Source: Octopus sinensis
Taxonomy: Eukaryota
Assembly: GCF_006345805.1 (NCBI RefSeq)
Contig: NC_043000.1
Location: 119,846,001-119,910,000, forward strand
Direction of reading: 5' to 3'
Length of the DNA stretch: 64,000 bases
The translations under genes were made by a program, and so were the position numbers. The first letter of the stretch is position 1. Each line of letters begins with the position of its first letter. The notes beneath the pieces are model-generated. The model ran no database searches. It was given only the letters and a program-made list of their open reading frames with translations, and had not been told where the DNA came from. Shown piece after piece: positions 27,396 through 39,789 of this stretch.

Positions 27396-27779
27396 ATATA
27401 TATACATATATACATACATATATATATGAAGTGTGAAAGAGAAGACAGAGTACTATTATCCTTCTCTCTCCTTCTTGAACAATTGTCTTGCTACAAGTGT
27501 GAGCCAAGAACAAGCAACAAGATCAAAAGCTTGAATATGTCAGGTAATACAATGGCTGCCATCTTGGAAACCAATTATCCAGAGTGTTCTGCTAACCAAA
27601 TTCTTCATTATTGAACACTCCCTGTGGGGGTCAGCTTGCTGGCGCGGTGCAATTCCGCATTCACACTGCTATTAACTTAATTTTCTCTTCTATAATGCTA
27701 TATAGAAGGAGATGCATAGTTTTCTGCCTGTATCTAATCTTGTTATTTATGTGCTACAGTTTACAATGTGTACACTTTC

Positions 27780-27949
27780 CATTCTCTCACCTTTCTCTCC
27801 CTCCCTCTCTCTCTCATTCTTTCTCTCTCTCTCATCTTGGTTTGTCTTCTCTTTCTCTCTTTCTTGCCAGATCTCCATACACTTCTCTGCCTGTCTATTT
27901 TTCTGTCTGCCTGCCTGCTTGTTTTCTTTCTTTCTTTCTTTCTTTCTTT

Positions 27950-28038
<89 letters not shown>

Positions 28039-29112
28039 ATGTCTGCCTGCCTGTTTACCTGTCTTCCTTCCTTCTTTCCTTCCTTTCTTTCATTCTTCCT
28101 TCCTTCCCTACTTTGTCTTTCTTCCTATCTTTTTTCTTTGTCTGTCTGTTTTCCTTTCTTTCTTTCATTCTTTCTTTCTTTCTTCCTTTCTTTCATTCTT
28201 TTTCTTGCTTTCTGTCTGTCTTCCTTCCTTCCTTCCTTTCTTTCCTTACTTCTCCTTACTTTCCTTCTCACCCTGTCTTTCTTCCCTTCCTATCAGGTCT
28301 TTACCCCTTTCTCAATCCTTCAACTTCTCTCTGTCTCTCTTTTCTTTTCTTTCTCCTTATATCCTTCATCCTCTCTTTCACCCATGCTCCCTCTCTCTCT
28401 CTCTCACACACATTTCCTTCTACTTTCACTTTCCCCAATTCCCTTCATACCTCTCTTATTCTACCATCCACTTTCACTCCTCCTCCCACTTCTGTTTCTC
28501 CACCATGTCCTTCTCACCTTTTGCCTCTCCCTTCCTCTCAGTTATGTATTCTGTTGCTGACACACCCAGTTACTCCCCCCTCCCTTCTTCACTGCTACTC
28601 CAGCCTTTAGGGTTAAAAAATAGTTCTTCTCTTTGTGGATTGCTACTGATTTTGAAAACAGTCTATTATTCCTTTCTGCCCAGCTAAACACCACCACAAC
28701 AACAATGACAACAACAACAACCACTATCATCACCACCACCACCACCGCCATAACCACTACCAACTCCACCACAACTACCATAACCACCATCACCAGCACC
28801 TGGAGCGGTAGCACTACAACTACCACTACAAGCATTACTGCCAACACCATCACTACCACCACTTCCACCGCCACTGCAATCCCCACCTCACCCCACCACT
28901 ACCACCACTACCAATTGCAACATCCTCACCTCACCCCACCACTACCACAACCATTGCCACCACTACCACCACCACTACCACCACCACCACCAATGCAACA
29001 TCCCCATCCCACCCCACCTCACCCCACCACTACCACAACAACCACCATTGCCACCACCACCACCACCATCTCTACCACTAACAAGTAACAACAACAACAA
29101 CAACAACAACAA
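27780..29112. repeat. Polypyrimidine (TTTC/TGTC/CTTC) tract followed by an (ACC/AAC)n tract
   Basis: Directly visible. It is the source of the spurious 358/282/280-aa ORFs. Confidence 0.95.
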
Positions 29113-29939
29113 GAAACATGATGATGATAACAAGGGAAAACATGTAACAGTGCATCTGTAAGAGGTGGAGGGGAATTGGCGGAGAGGTGGGGCAAGGGTT
29201 ACATTTGTTCTGTTCATGAACCCCAAACCAAAATCTGTGATGGCTGACAAATAGATTAGATCTCCTTCCTTATTTCAAGGTTGGCTGGGTCTTTGTTTGT
29301 CCTTCACAAGGGTCAGTGCTATAAGTACATATAATCTCACATGGACTTTTGACTTGCTGCTGCTGTTGTTCTTGTTGTTATTCCATTCTCTTCTAGCAGA
29401 TCTGTTGTTGTTGTTATTGTTGTTGCCTGTTTTTGTTGTTATAGGAAGTTTCATTGAAAGCTTTTCTGGATATGGTGTGGATTTCCCCTTTGTTTTCCGA
29501 ATATATTGCGTTTTTTTAAAAAAATTTTTTGGTTCATCCTTTATTACTGTATTGACAACTTTTGAGAGGAATAAGTTGGTTACAGTTCACTGGGCGTGAA
29601 ACATTAAGTTAGAGAAAGAACTACTGCTAACAATTTAGTTGCAGAAGTGGTCAAGCATCAAAAAGTGTGTTGACTGATGTGTGTACAGGGGAAACAACTC
29701 CAATTGCTTTAGATATGTAATGTAAATGGATTAAGCGGGCTGGGATGGAGGGCTGTCGGGTGGGTTGTGTGCTTGTGCATTCAGTGGTTGGAGAAAAATA
29801 AAATATCAGATGTATCTAAACAATCCGGGGTGAAAAGTGAAAAGATCGAAGGTTGATGCCTCAACATTATGTGTGTGTGCGCGTGAGCATGTGTGTGTGT
29901 GTGTTAGTGTGTGTGCAAGCGTGTGTGTGTGTGTATATA

Positions 29940-29970
<31 letters not shown>

Positions 29971-29987
29971 ATACATATATATATGTA

Positions 29988-30039
<52 letters not shown>

Positions 30040-30274
30040 TACGTCTGTGAGTATGTAATCCCTCCTCATATCTCTGGAAATTCATATGTGCACTATGGAT
30101 TAGGTCACCTTCTCTGTGATGCTATTAAAACTTTTTTTAAATTCTGTGATAAGACTGTACATCATCTTTAAAGAACTTTAATGAACTTTGGAAATCTGTT
30201 TATGTTACTTAATTATCTACATTACTTCATGAGTATAGCCTCAACCACTAGGATGTCTAGAGAACTCACATGTA

Positions 30275-30364
30275 TTTTAGCTGATGAGTACGGGACACGT
30301 TATATGCTGTAATTTTTGCAACTTTTAATAAAGCCTGTCCTTGTATGAAACGATTGTACTAAAA
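30275..30364 (+). ncRNA. Type I hammerhead ribozyme motif (Penelope-like/retrozyme type)
   Basis: Helix I TTTTAG/CTAAAA; core CTGATGA (30281-30287); helix II GTACGGGACA/TGTCCTTGTAT (one bulge); GAAA (30347-30350); helix III AC-GATT-GT; cleavage triplet GTA (30356-30358). Confidence 0.8.
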
Positions 30365-31012
30365 ACCTATCCATTCTTGTTGCTTCTTTCTCGCTTATAA
30401 TCACCCCACATTACTGTATTGTTAAAACAGTATAGTTTTTTTTGGTGCATCTAAGTTAGGTACCATATTCAAGTAAATTCATTTAAATTAACTTGAATCT
30501 TTATTGCTTTTTGTATATATACACACATATATTTATATATATATATGTATCTGTATATATACACATATATATATGTATGTATGTATATATATATATGTGT
30601 ATTGGAAGGTTTGGAGATGATGTACAGGTATTATATATTAGAAGAAATGAGGTAATCAGAAGATCCGATGGTTTATATTTACAGATATTTATCTATATAT
30701 TACATTTTTTATATATATATCATATCACTTAGATCATTAGTGCTTTCTCCCATTCTAGTGGGGTTTTCAAATCAAAATAAGTTCCTTTGTGGGGAATTTT
30801 AATCATTTTATAGAGTTTCCTAGTGGTGGGGAGGAATATAAGACAGTACAAGAGGGTGAGGTGGATGAGGAGAAAGTGAGAGAGAGAACATGTGTGTATG
30901 TGTATGTATGTGTGTGTGTGTGTGTGTGTTTGTATCTGAGGTGAGTGCTAAAGAGAAAGAGGGGAAGGGAGAAGGAAGAAGAAGGAAAGAATTTTTTTGG
31001 TCTGCTGGACAG

Positions 31013-31186
31013 AATATTGACTCCAAGGGGGTTCTAAGAATTTCAGTTTTGACCACTTCAGTGTCACTGAGTGTGTGGTGGCTGGGAGGTAGGCCATAAT
31101 ATTGACTCCAAGGGGGTTCTAAGAATTTCAGCTTTGACCACTTCACAGTGTCACTGAGTGTGTGGTGGCGGGGAGGTAGGCCATAA
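31013..31186. repeat. 85-bp tandem duplication
   Basis: AATATTGACTCCAAGGGGGTTCTAAG at 31013 and 31098. Confidence 0.9.
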
Positions 31187-31408
31187 ATTATATTTCCTTT
31201 TATCATTGTGAGAATGGTCAAATGCTTTTTTGGGTTTAAGAATTCTTTCCACTTTTTATGATCCTTTTGTGGAGGTGTGTCTGTGTGTGTGTCCATGTGT
31301 GTTTGTGTGTGTGTGAGTGTGTCTGAGTGTTTGGAGAAGGGGAGAGAAACAAAAAAAGAAAAAGAAAAATAAGGGAGGAAGGGGAAAAAATTGTGTTGAT
31401 ATTTATAC

Positions 31409-31458
<50 letters not shown>

Positions 31459-31628
31459 TACACACTTATACATGAAATATTTGAAAAAAAACTTTTATCA
31501 GTTCAAGATGAACAACTAAATTACACCATCTTGAAAATTGTATATCATAGGAAAGTTAAAATTAAAGTGACAATTAAAAAGTAAAGATGAAGTAAATTAT
31601 AAAAGTAATATAATATATATAACAGGCA

Positions 31629-31659
<31 letters not shown>

Positions 31660-31683
31660 TGTGTTTGTGTGTGTGCGTGTGTG

Positions 31684-31900
31684 CAAGTGGGTACTGAAAA
31701 GTTTCTGGTTTTGTATAAAGCAAAATACAAGAGGATTTAGTTAATTATGATTTTATTCAATGTATTCTCCTCTCAGATTCATACATAGAGTGCAGCAGTC
31801 CTTCAGTTTTTCTAAGCCCTGTAAAAGAACTAGAAGGCTGGGCCTCCAACCAGGCGTTTCGTGATACCCTTAATGCCAGGAACTTTTCTTCAAGCCCTCG
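31684..31900. mobile_element. Degenerate mariner-type MITE
   Basis: Decayed TIRs CAAGTGGGTACTGAAAAGTTTCTGG / CCAGGAACTTTTCTTCAAGCCCTCG. Confidence 0.6.
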
Positions 31901-32025
31901 TGTGTGTGTATATATATATATACATACATATATATATAAGAGAAGAAAATGCCCATCTTCATGCTGTAGTATGGGTTGGATGGCTTGACAAGGATCCGAT
32001 GAGTTAAGAACTGCGACCTACTCCA

Positions 32026-32252
32026 GATCTTTTCTATTCTAGGCACAAGGCCCAATATTTTGGGGGGAGGTGGGGGGCAATCGATTAGATCGACCCCAGT
32101 ACTCAACTGGTACCTAATTTATTGACCCCGAGAGGATGGAAGGCAAAGTCGACCTCGGCAGAATTTGAACTGAGAACGTAAAGACAGGTGAAATACTGCT
32201 AAGCATTTTGCCCTTTGTGCTAACGTTCCTGCCTGCTCGCCGCTTTAATTGT
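32026..32252 (-). mobile_element. Nin/Deu-domain SINE with 9-bp TSD
   Basis: Reverse complement matches the family. CCTACTCCA at 32017-32025 and 32253-32261. Confidence 0.8.
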
Positions 32253-32407
32253 CCTACTCCAATAGTTTGGCTTTGGCATGATTTCTTTGGCTGGATGCTT
32301 TTCCTAATGCCAACCTCTTTAGAGTGTGCACTGGGTGCTTTTTTTGTGCTACCAACACTTCTGTGGTAATATTTCTGAATATAAAGTAACTTATGTGTTT
32401 CAATATA

Positions 32408-32615
32408 TTGGGTTGTCCGGAAAGTTCATGCCGATTTTTAAAGGAAACAAAAAGGTCAATAAATACTTGCCATTACATTTTAAATCAACCAAATATGAAC
32501 CATTTTATTGCAAAATTTGTATCCATCTTTCCTATTTCATGGACTCAACCATGTTCTAAAATAAGTTGAAAGGTTAAGCTACTATATATTGGCACAAACT
32601 TTCCGGACAACCCAA
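32408..32615. mobile_element. Mariner-type MITE (208 bp)
   Basis: 25-bp TIRs TTGGGTTGTCCGGAAAGTTcaTGCC / GGCAcaAACTTTCCGGACAACCCAA (23/25 match), flanked by TA on both sides. Confidence 0.9.
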
Positions 32616-32670
32616 TATTTTGACAATTTGAACAAGATGGATGGGATTTAGTGAAGTAACCAATTCTTTT

Positions 32671-33122
32671 GCTATGAAGTTGATGTTTGGAGCATAATTT
32701 GACGAATAGTTTTTATATTAAATTATAACAGAACCTTTTAATTTAAATAAACCTTTTAAAATACATAACTTTTGTACCATTGTGCTATGAAATTGATGTT
32801 TAGAGCATAATTTGACAAATAGTTTTTATGTTAAATTATAACAGAACCTTTTAATTTAAATAAACCTTTTAAAATACATAACATTTGTACCATTGTGCTA
32901 TGAAGTTGATGTTTGGAGCATAATTTAACAAATAGATTTTACGTTAAATTATAACGGAACCTTTTAATTTAAATAAGCCTTTTAAAATATATAACGTTTG
33001 TACCATTGTGCTATGAAGTTGATGTTCGGAGCATAATTTAACAAATAGTTTTTACGTTAAATTATAACGGACCCTTTTAATTTAAATAAACCTTTTAAAA
33101 TACATAACTTTTGTGCCATTGT
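32671..33122. repeat. Tandem repeat, 4 x 113 bp
   Basis: GCTATGAA at 32671, 32784, 32897 and 33010, with near-identical units. Confidence 0.95.
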
Positions 33123-34663
33123 ATGAAAAGTGCTTTCAGATGGCTTGCCACCTAAAGTGTTAAATTGCATTTCAAAGGAAGACATTGTTTGTTCATAATT
33201 TATCTATCAGTGTGTGTGTTTGTATACATGCACACACATATATGTGAAGATGCTTGGAGATTTGACAAATAAAATGTAAGGTAGACAGGAACACAAAAGG
33301 TGAAATTAATTATTAGGGAAATCTGAAAGAAGTCTACCACATTCTTATAAGTTGGCCTCTATTCTTGTGATAAGTGTGTGCCCACATATACATCTGTGTG
33401 TGTTTATATTTTCAATATTTATGTCAAACTGTGATGATAAGTGTGTCTGTTAGTGTAACATAAATATCTCCAACAACACTTTGGCTAAGGCTGTTCTCAC
33501 TCGTTCACTTTTCACTTCTCATTGAAGAGGTTCTTGATGGAATTATTAGCAAAGATTTGCTTTCTCCTTAGATTCAACTAAAAGATGTTCTAGGTAAATA
33601 GCCGGAAAGTAACAGAGAGATTAATTGACCCTCTTGTGACCATATTTCTAATGAGATTATACTGTTCATTTGCTTCAGTAATTTTGAAATTAATCAAAAA
33701 TTGGGGGTGCTGGGTGAGAGTTCGGTGGAGATTAACGAAGCAAATAACTTTAAATTTATTTATCAATATATTAAGCTGGTATTTAGAATAGAACTTTTAA
33801 AACACATTTTTTTCGTTTTGTTTTACATGAAATTCTGATGAAATTTTGATCTTGTGAAATCTTGCTTTATTTTTCATCTAATGGAGACAGGTGTGGCTGT
33901 GTGGTTAAGAAGCTCACTTGGCAGCCATATGGCGGCATGTTCAATCTCTGTGTGTGGTACCTTGAGCAATTGTTTTTTTTTTACTATAGCCATGGGATGA
34001 CCAATGCCTCATGACTGAACTTTGGTAAATGGAAACTGAGAGGAAGCCCATTGTGTGTATGTATATATATGTGTGTGTGTGTGTGCATGTGTATATATGT
34101 ATATATATATCTGTGTGGGCATCTGTATGTCTTTGTGTTTATATCATGTTTGTCCCTATCATCATTTGACAGCAGGTGTTTGTTTATTCACATTCCCATA
34201 ACACAGCAATTCTGCAAAAGAGACTGAGAGAATAAGTACCAGACCCTGCTCCCACAAAAAAACCCCCAAAAAACAAAACAAAAAAACCTCAAAAATGCAA
34301 ATAAAAAATAAAGAATAAATATTCTTTTCTACTCTAGGCACAAGGCCCAAAATTTTTGGGGAGGGGGCCAGTCAATTAGATTGGCCCCAGGAGGCAACTG
34401 GTACTTAATTTATCGACCCTGAAAAAGATGAAAAGCAAAGTCGACCTTGGTGGAATTCGAATAAAGAATAAATACTGGAATAGATTTGGTCGACTGACCC
34501 CTTCCAGATGGTACCCCAGCATGGCTGCAATCCAATGACTGAAACAAGTAAAAGAACAAAAGATAATGAGATTTCAGCTCAGATTTTCATTTAACCCTTT
34601 GAATCTTTCCTCTATACTTTCAATAATTTTATTTTTTAACTCACCACATTCTTTCCATTTCAG

Positions 34664-34730
34664 TTTCCACCATATGCCACGAATGATACTGGCCGGCTAT
34701 CTAGCATTGGAAGACGAGAAATTGGACATG
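34664..34730 (+). CDS. PNPT1: PNPT1 internal exon, 67 bp, [22 protein letters not shown](G)
   Basis: Acceptor ttctttccatttcAG and donor G|GTACTT. Contains the PNPase FPPY and RREIGHG motifs. Phase 0 in, phase 1 out, compatible with both neighbouring exons. Confidence 0.96.
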
Positions 34731-35499
34731 GTACTTAAAATTTATACTCTTCAATACTATAACTGCAAACCCAGATAAGAACTTGTGAAATATTTCCTAA
34801 ATTTGCAGATGCATACAATCGATGTAAAATTTTAAAAACAGATCTCAAAATTTTTACAGGGTAACTTTGGCTGATGTTGCAAATTTGATTCAAAGCTCAT
34901 GGGTGATTAAATATATAACATTTTAGATGCCATAAAGAGGCATCCAAAATGTATTGAGTGCACCTTAATTTCAGCAGCGTTTATTCAGGAAAAATAGTTT
35001 TTAATGTGTTAAAACTGAGCAAGGACCCATCTTTGCACATAGTAATGATTAGTTTGCCTTTATCTAACACAAGCCAAAGTTAACAAATTCACCATTGAAA
35101 ATAGTTTCTAGGGTGGGGATAATAATAATAAGTCCTACTCAGGAATTTTCAAATGAACAGCATGAGACCTTTCGGTTTTCTCTTCTCTCAAATCCCGGCC
35201 TTCCTTTCGTGTTCCTGATGTTTTAGATCAATGTATAGATGTATGTATATATGTAAGTATACTGTAAAGTGTTCATATGCATGTATAATATCTCATATAT
35301 ATTATAAAAATATGTTAGTGTTAATCAATTTCTGAATGGTTTTGCTGCCGTTTGTTTATGTAGTTTGATTTCTTTATCCATCAGTTTCTACTGAGAGAGA
35401 TGCGAGTAAAATTAATAATAGAGAAACGAAAATAAAACATCTGAAAGCACCTAAAGGCACATAATTGCGAAAGACTTGAAAGTCATCGTAAGATCGTAA

Positions 35500-35722
35500 T
35501 CATGTAAAGTAAATATAACAAATAATCCAGAATCCTTGTCCGGTACCAGATTGATCCCAAAATCTAATCAGTTCGTGCCAGTCACGAGGCCAAACATCCC
35601 TGAAAGTGTCATCCAAATCTATCCTGCAGTTCTTGAGCTATCTTGTTCATGGACAAACAAACAAGCAAACAAACAAATACGACTGTAAACAATACCTCCT
35701 CCTTCACTAAGGCAGAGATAAT
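35500..35722 (+). mobile_element. Helentron-associated (HINE/DINE-1-like) non-autonomous element
   Basis: Internal (ACAA)n microsatellite followed by AACAATACCTCC and a terminal stem-loop ending GGCAGAGATAAT, the layout typical of HINEs. Confidence 0.55.
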
Positions 35723-36292
35723 AATAATTTGTGATTTTGGCACAAGGCCAGCAATTGTGAGGGTAAGGGTTTTTAGTCAAGTACTTGGTACTCTACATCA
35801 ACTTTGAAATAATGACTGTGGCAAGATTTTAAATTCTGAATATAAAGTGGTTGAATTTAATACTGCAAAGCATGTTTTCCAACACACCAATGATGCTGCC
35901 ATTTCATTGCCATAATTAAAATAATAAAAGTGAGTTCAAATCTTGGCATAAGGTCAGCAATTTTAGGGGTGGGGTCTTAGTCAATCACACCAACCTAGTA
36001 CTTGACTGCTCCTTTATTTTATCAATCCCAGAAGAATGAAAGACAAAGTTGATCTTGATGGAATTCATATTCCTTCAAATCTTGGGATAAGAGATAACAA
36101 TTTTAGGGGAAAGGTGTTTGTCATTACACCAACCATTGACCTCAATACATGATGGGTATTTTAGCTAGATATAGCCAGTTTAAATGCTAAAGGGTTAAGT
36201 TTTTGGTGTCATCTTTTATACTAGGGTTAGCTTTTATTGTGGTACATATGATATTGTAAAGAATATTTATTTTCTTCTTCTAATTTGCACAG

Positions 36293-36382
36293 GTGACTTG
36301 GCTGAAAAAGGGTTGCAGGCTATCATACCGGAAGAATACCCCTTTACCATACGTCTTACCTCAGAAGTCTTGGAGTCAAATG
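36293..36382 (+). CDS. PNPT1: PNPT1 internal exon, 90 bp, (G)[29 protein letters not shown](G)
   Basis: Acceptor tttcttcttctaatttgcacAG and donor G|GTAATT. Contains the PNPase [12 protein letters not shown] motif that precedes the SSS phosphate-binding loop. Confidence 0.97.
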
Positions 36383-38539
36383 GTAATTTTTGTTATGCTT
36401 CAGTTTCTGTTATGTTTAGTACTTATTCTCTCTTTGATAGACAGAATGTCTGCTTGTAAATCTTTTGCTTCAGTTACACTGTACATGGTTTTGTGACATG
36501 TATGTGTGTGTGTGAGAGGGAGAGGGAGAGAGAATGAGAGAAATGGAAGAGAATGTCTATACAAGTCTGTGGTTTTGTATTAATATGTTTAGTTTTGCAA
36601 GCAGGTGAAAGAGAAAACATCAAGCAGAGTATATGGATCTATCTGTTGGTTTGTGTTTCTCTGTTCACATATATCATAAGCTTAAAACCAAGAGATCTGT
36701 GAGAGAAAAGATTTAATACTTCAGTATGGTTACAGAAATCTGTGAGAGAAAAGATTTAATACTTCTGTATGGTTACAGCTGTTTCATAATTTACTCCAGT
36801 TTCATCATTAATTTCAAAGTATATGTACATTCATAGTATATTTAGTACAATCTAGTGCAGCCTTCCAGTTTGCCAGTCTTCAGTCAAACCATCCAACCCA
36901 TGCCAGCATGAAAAGCAGGCATTAATTAACAATGATAATGATGTTATTAATTTCACTGTCTATGTACATATATTGTGTATACATATAACTATGTGCTAAA
37001 TATACTATAAATGTACATATGATTTGAAATTAATGATGTAACTGGAATAAATTATGAAACAGCTGTGACCATATGAAAGTATTAAATCTTCTTTTGCATC
37101 TCAAATCTCTTGGTTCCTTGCTTATTACTAAAGTTATTAAAATAGTACTGTTTGTGCATCCGGGATTTTCAGATGCATAGTCACATTGAATTACATCATA
37201 ATCTAATTGGTATGAGATCTGATAGCCAGTTCCTCAGCTGGAGCACCTACCACAAGTTTTGCTTGATTCTCCAAATCCAACTTTCTGTTCTATTTATGCA
37301 TGTATCGGTATATCTGTCTGTCTATCTATTTATCTATTTGCTCATCTATCCATCATTCCATCCAATCACCCACCTAACCAGTTACCTGCCTACTTACATA
37401 CCCAGCCCTTTTCTCCGTCTCCCTTTCTCTCCTTCCATCCTCCTTCAGCACCTCCCTTCCTCCCCTCATTGCCTTCCTCTTCCTTCTCCTTCCTCCCCAC
37501 CATCTTCCTCTCCCTCCTCAAAGCTCTCTTTTATTGACTGAAAATACTGCAAAACTTACACGGGCCTAAAGATTTGTGCTTGGTACTTGTCAAGTTTGAC
37601 AATTTTGACATATTCCCTCGTATTTTATGTCTGTGTGCAAAACTTTATGAATGTATGTGCATGCATGCATGTATGTGTGTATGTTGTGCTTGCATGCACA
37701 CACCCACATGCACATGTTGATTTATATATGTATATATATATATTTTGCAAACTGCTTGTATTTTCAACATGTCATATTAAAGACACGGCTATGTTTGAGT
37801 TTGATCGTCTGTTTATTAACGATTTTTTTTTTCATATTTCCTTTAAAACAAAACTTTAAAACAGTTCTTTATGTTTAATTTGGAACATTAGGATTCCTAA
37901 ATCCATTAATTCATTAACGTTTCAAAGCTCTCTCAGCTCCATCCTCAGAATCGAATGATAATAGAATGGCATATGTTCCCATGGTTTGTGTTGGATCACA
38001 AAGAATCGTGTGAGTGTTGGGTATTTTTTCCTTTGTAGTTTTTTTTTTTTTCGTTTTTTCTACTCAGTGCTGGTTTAAAAATTATTGAATAGTTAAGTTT
38101 GGTAGTTTTCATTATACTGCTAGAACCAAATACATCCTAACTTCAGAGTAGATTAATACACTTTTGCAAAAAAAACAAAAAAACTCATAAAACAGGACAC
38201 ATAACACATGCTAGCACTTAATCACTAACTCTCTGCTAGTATATAACATAATAAACCCAGAATGGAAAACTTTCTTATTAACGGAAAGTCACAAATCAAC
38301 AAATCACAGACCCTCATGCTAGAAATCATCATCGTCGTTGTCGTCGTCGTCGTCATCATCATCATCATCATTGCCGTCATCATCGTCATTGTCATTGTCA
38401 TCATCGTTGTTATCGTTCTCATCATCATTGCCATCATCATTGTCATCATCATCGTTGTCATCGTTCTCATCATCATCATATCATCATCGTTATCATCATC
38501 GTCATCTTCATCATCGTCATCATCATCATCATCATTGTC

Positions 38540-39460
38540 ATCGTCATCATCGTTTAATGTCCATCTTCCATGCATGTATGGGTAGGACAGTTGACAGGAG
38601 CTGGCCAGGTAGAAGACTACTCCACGCTACTGTGTCTGTATTGGCAGGGTTTTTTACGGACGGATGCCCTTCCTAATGCCAACCACTCTGCAGAGTGGAC
38701 TCAGTGTTTTTTACATGGTACTAGCACAGCTGAGGTTCGTTTTGGCATGATTTTTTTTACAGCCTGATGCCCTTCCAAGTGCCAACCACTTAACAGTGTG
38801 GACTGGATGCTTTTTATGTGGCACCAGCAGGGTCACCAAGTAACTTGCAAGACAAGGAATCTTTGAGAGGGGTGGGGGGCATTGGAGGAGGGGATCTTGT
38901 GCCAGATGATGAAAGGCTAGATTGTGACAGAGAGGCAAAAACAGGTGATCATCATATAAAGAGCACCCATGCCAGTGCTGTTTAAATATCACCCATGACA
39001 GTACCACACAGAAAGCACCAGTGCAGGCATTGCATGAGAAGCACCTGTGCTGGCACCACATACAAAGCAACTTGTGCCAGTATCACCTGAAAAACACCTG
39101 TGTTGGTGCCTCATAAAAAGACAGTTATGCTGGTGCCATGTAAAAAGTACCCGGTACACTCTATATAGTGGTTGGTGTTAGGAAGGGCATGCAGCCATAG
39201 AAACCATGTCAAAACAGATGACTGGAGCTTGGCGCAGCCTTTCGACTTTCCAGCTCCTGCCAAACCGACCAACCCATGCCAACATGGAAAGCAGATGTAA
39301 AAAGTACCTGGTATACTGTATATAGTGGTTGGTGTTAGGAAGGGCATGCAGCCATAGAAACCTTGTCAAAACAGACTGGAGCTTGGTGCAGCCCTTTGAC
39401 TTTACAGCTCTTGTCAAACCATCCAACCCATGTCGACATGGAAAGCAGATGTTTAATGGC
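38540..39460. mobile_element. Cluster of RTE 3' UTR copies in both orientations
   Basis: Minus copy about 38540-38870. Plus copies about 38960-39460, with an internal duplication. Confidence 0.75.
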
Positions 39461-39789
39461 AGTGGCGATGCATGTGTGCATACATGCAGAACACACACAC
39501 ACACATACATGCATGCACGCATGTACATACATTCATGAACTTTTGCATACGGACATAAAATTCAAGTACCAAGTACAAATCTTTAGGCTCCTGTTTAACT
39601 TTTGCAGTATTTTCAGTGAATAAAAGAGAGATTTTGGGAGGGAATGGAAGAGGGGGAAGAAGAAGTGGGGAGGAAGGCAGCAGCGGCAATGATGACGATG
39701 ACTGTAAACCCGATAGTTGTGTCTGTCCATTTTGTCATTGGTTGACAGTATTTCAGGGACAGAAACTTCTTTGTTCATTTCTGATTCTC

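Noticed and set aside
27611-28687. 358-aa ORF and overlapping 282/280-aa ORFs
   Set aside because: Translations of a CT-rich microsatellite that lacks stop codons; low-complexity F/L/S with no domain.
33835-33865. CTGATGA...GAAAT as a hammerhead
   Set aside because: The intervening bases cannot form helix II and there is no helix I pairing.
36293-36496. [13 protein letters not shown]... in the supplied track
   Set aside because: Wrong reading frame of the real PNPT1 exon.
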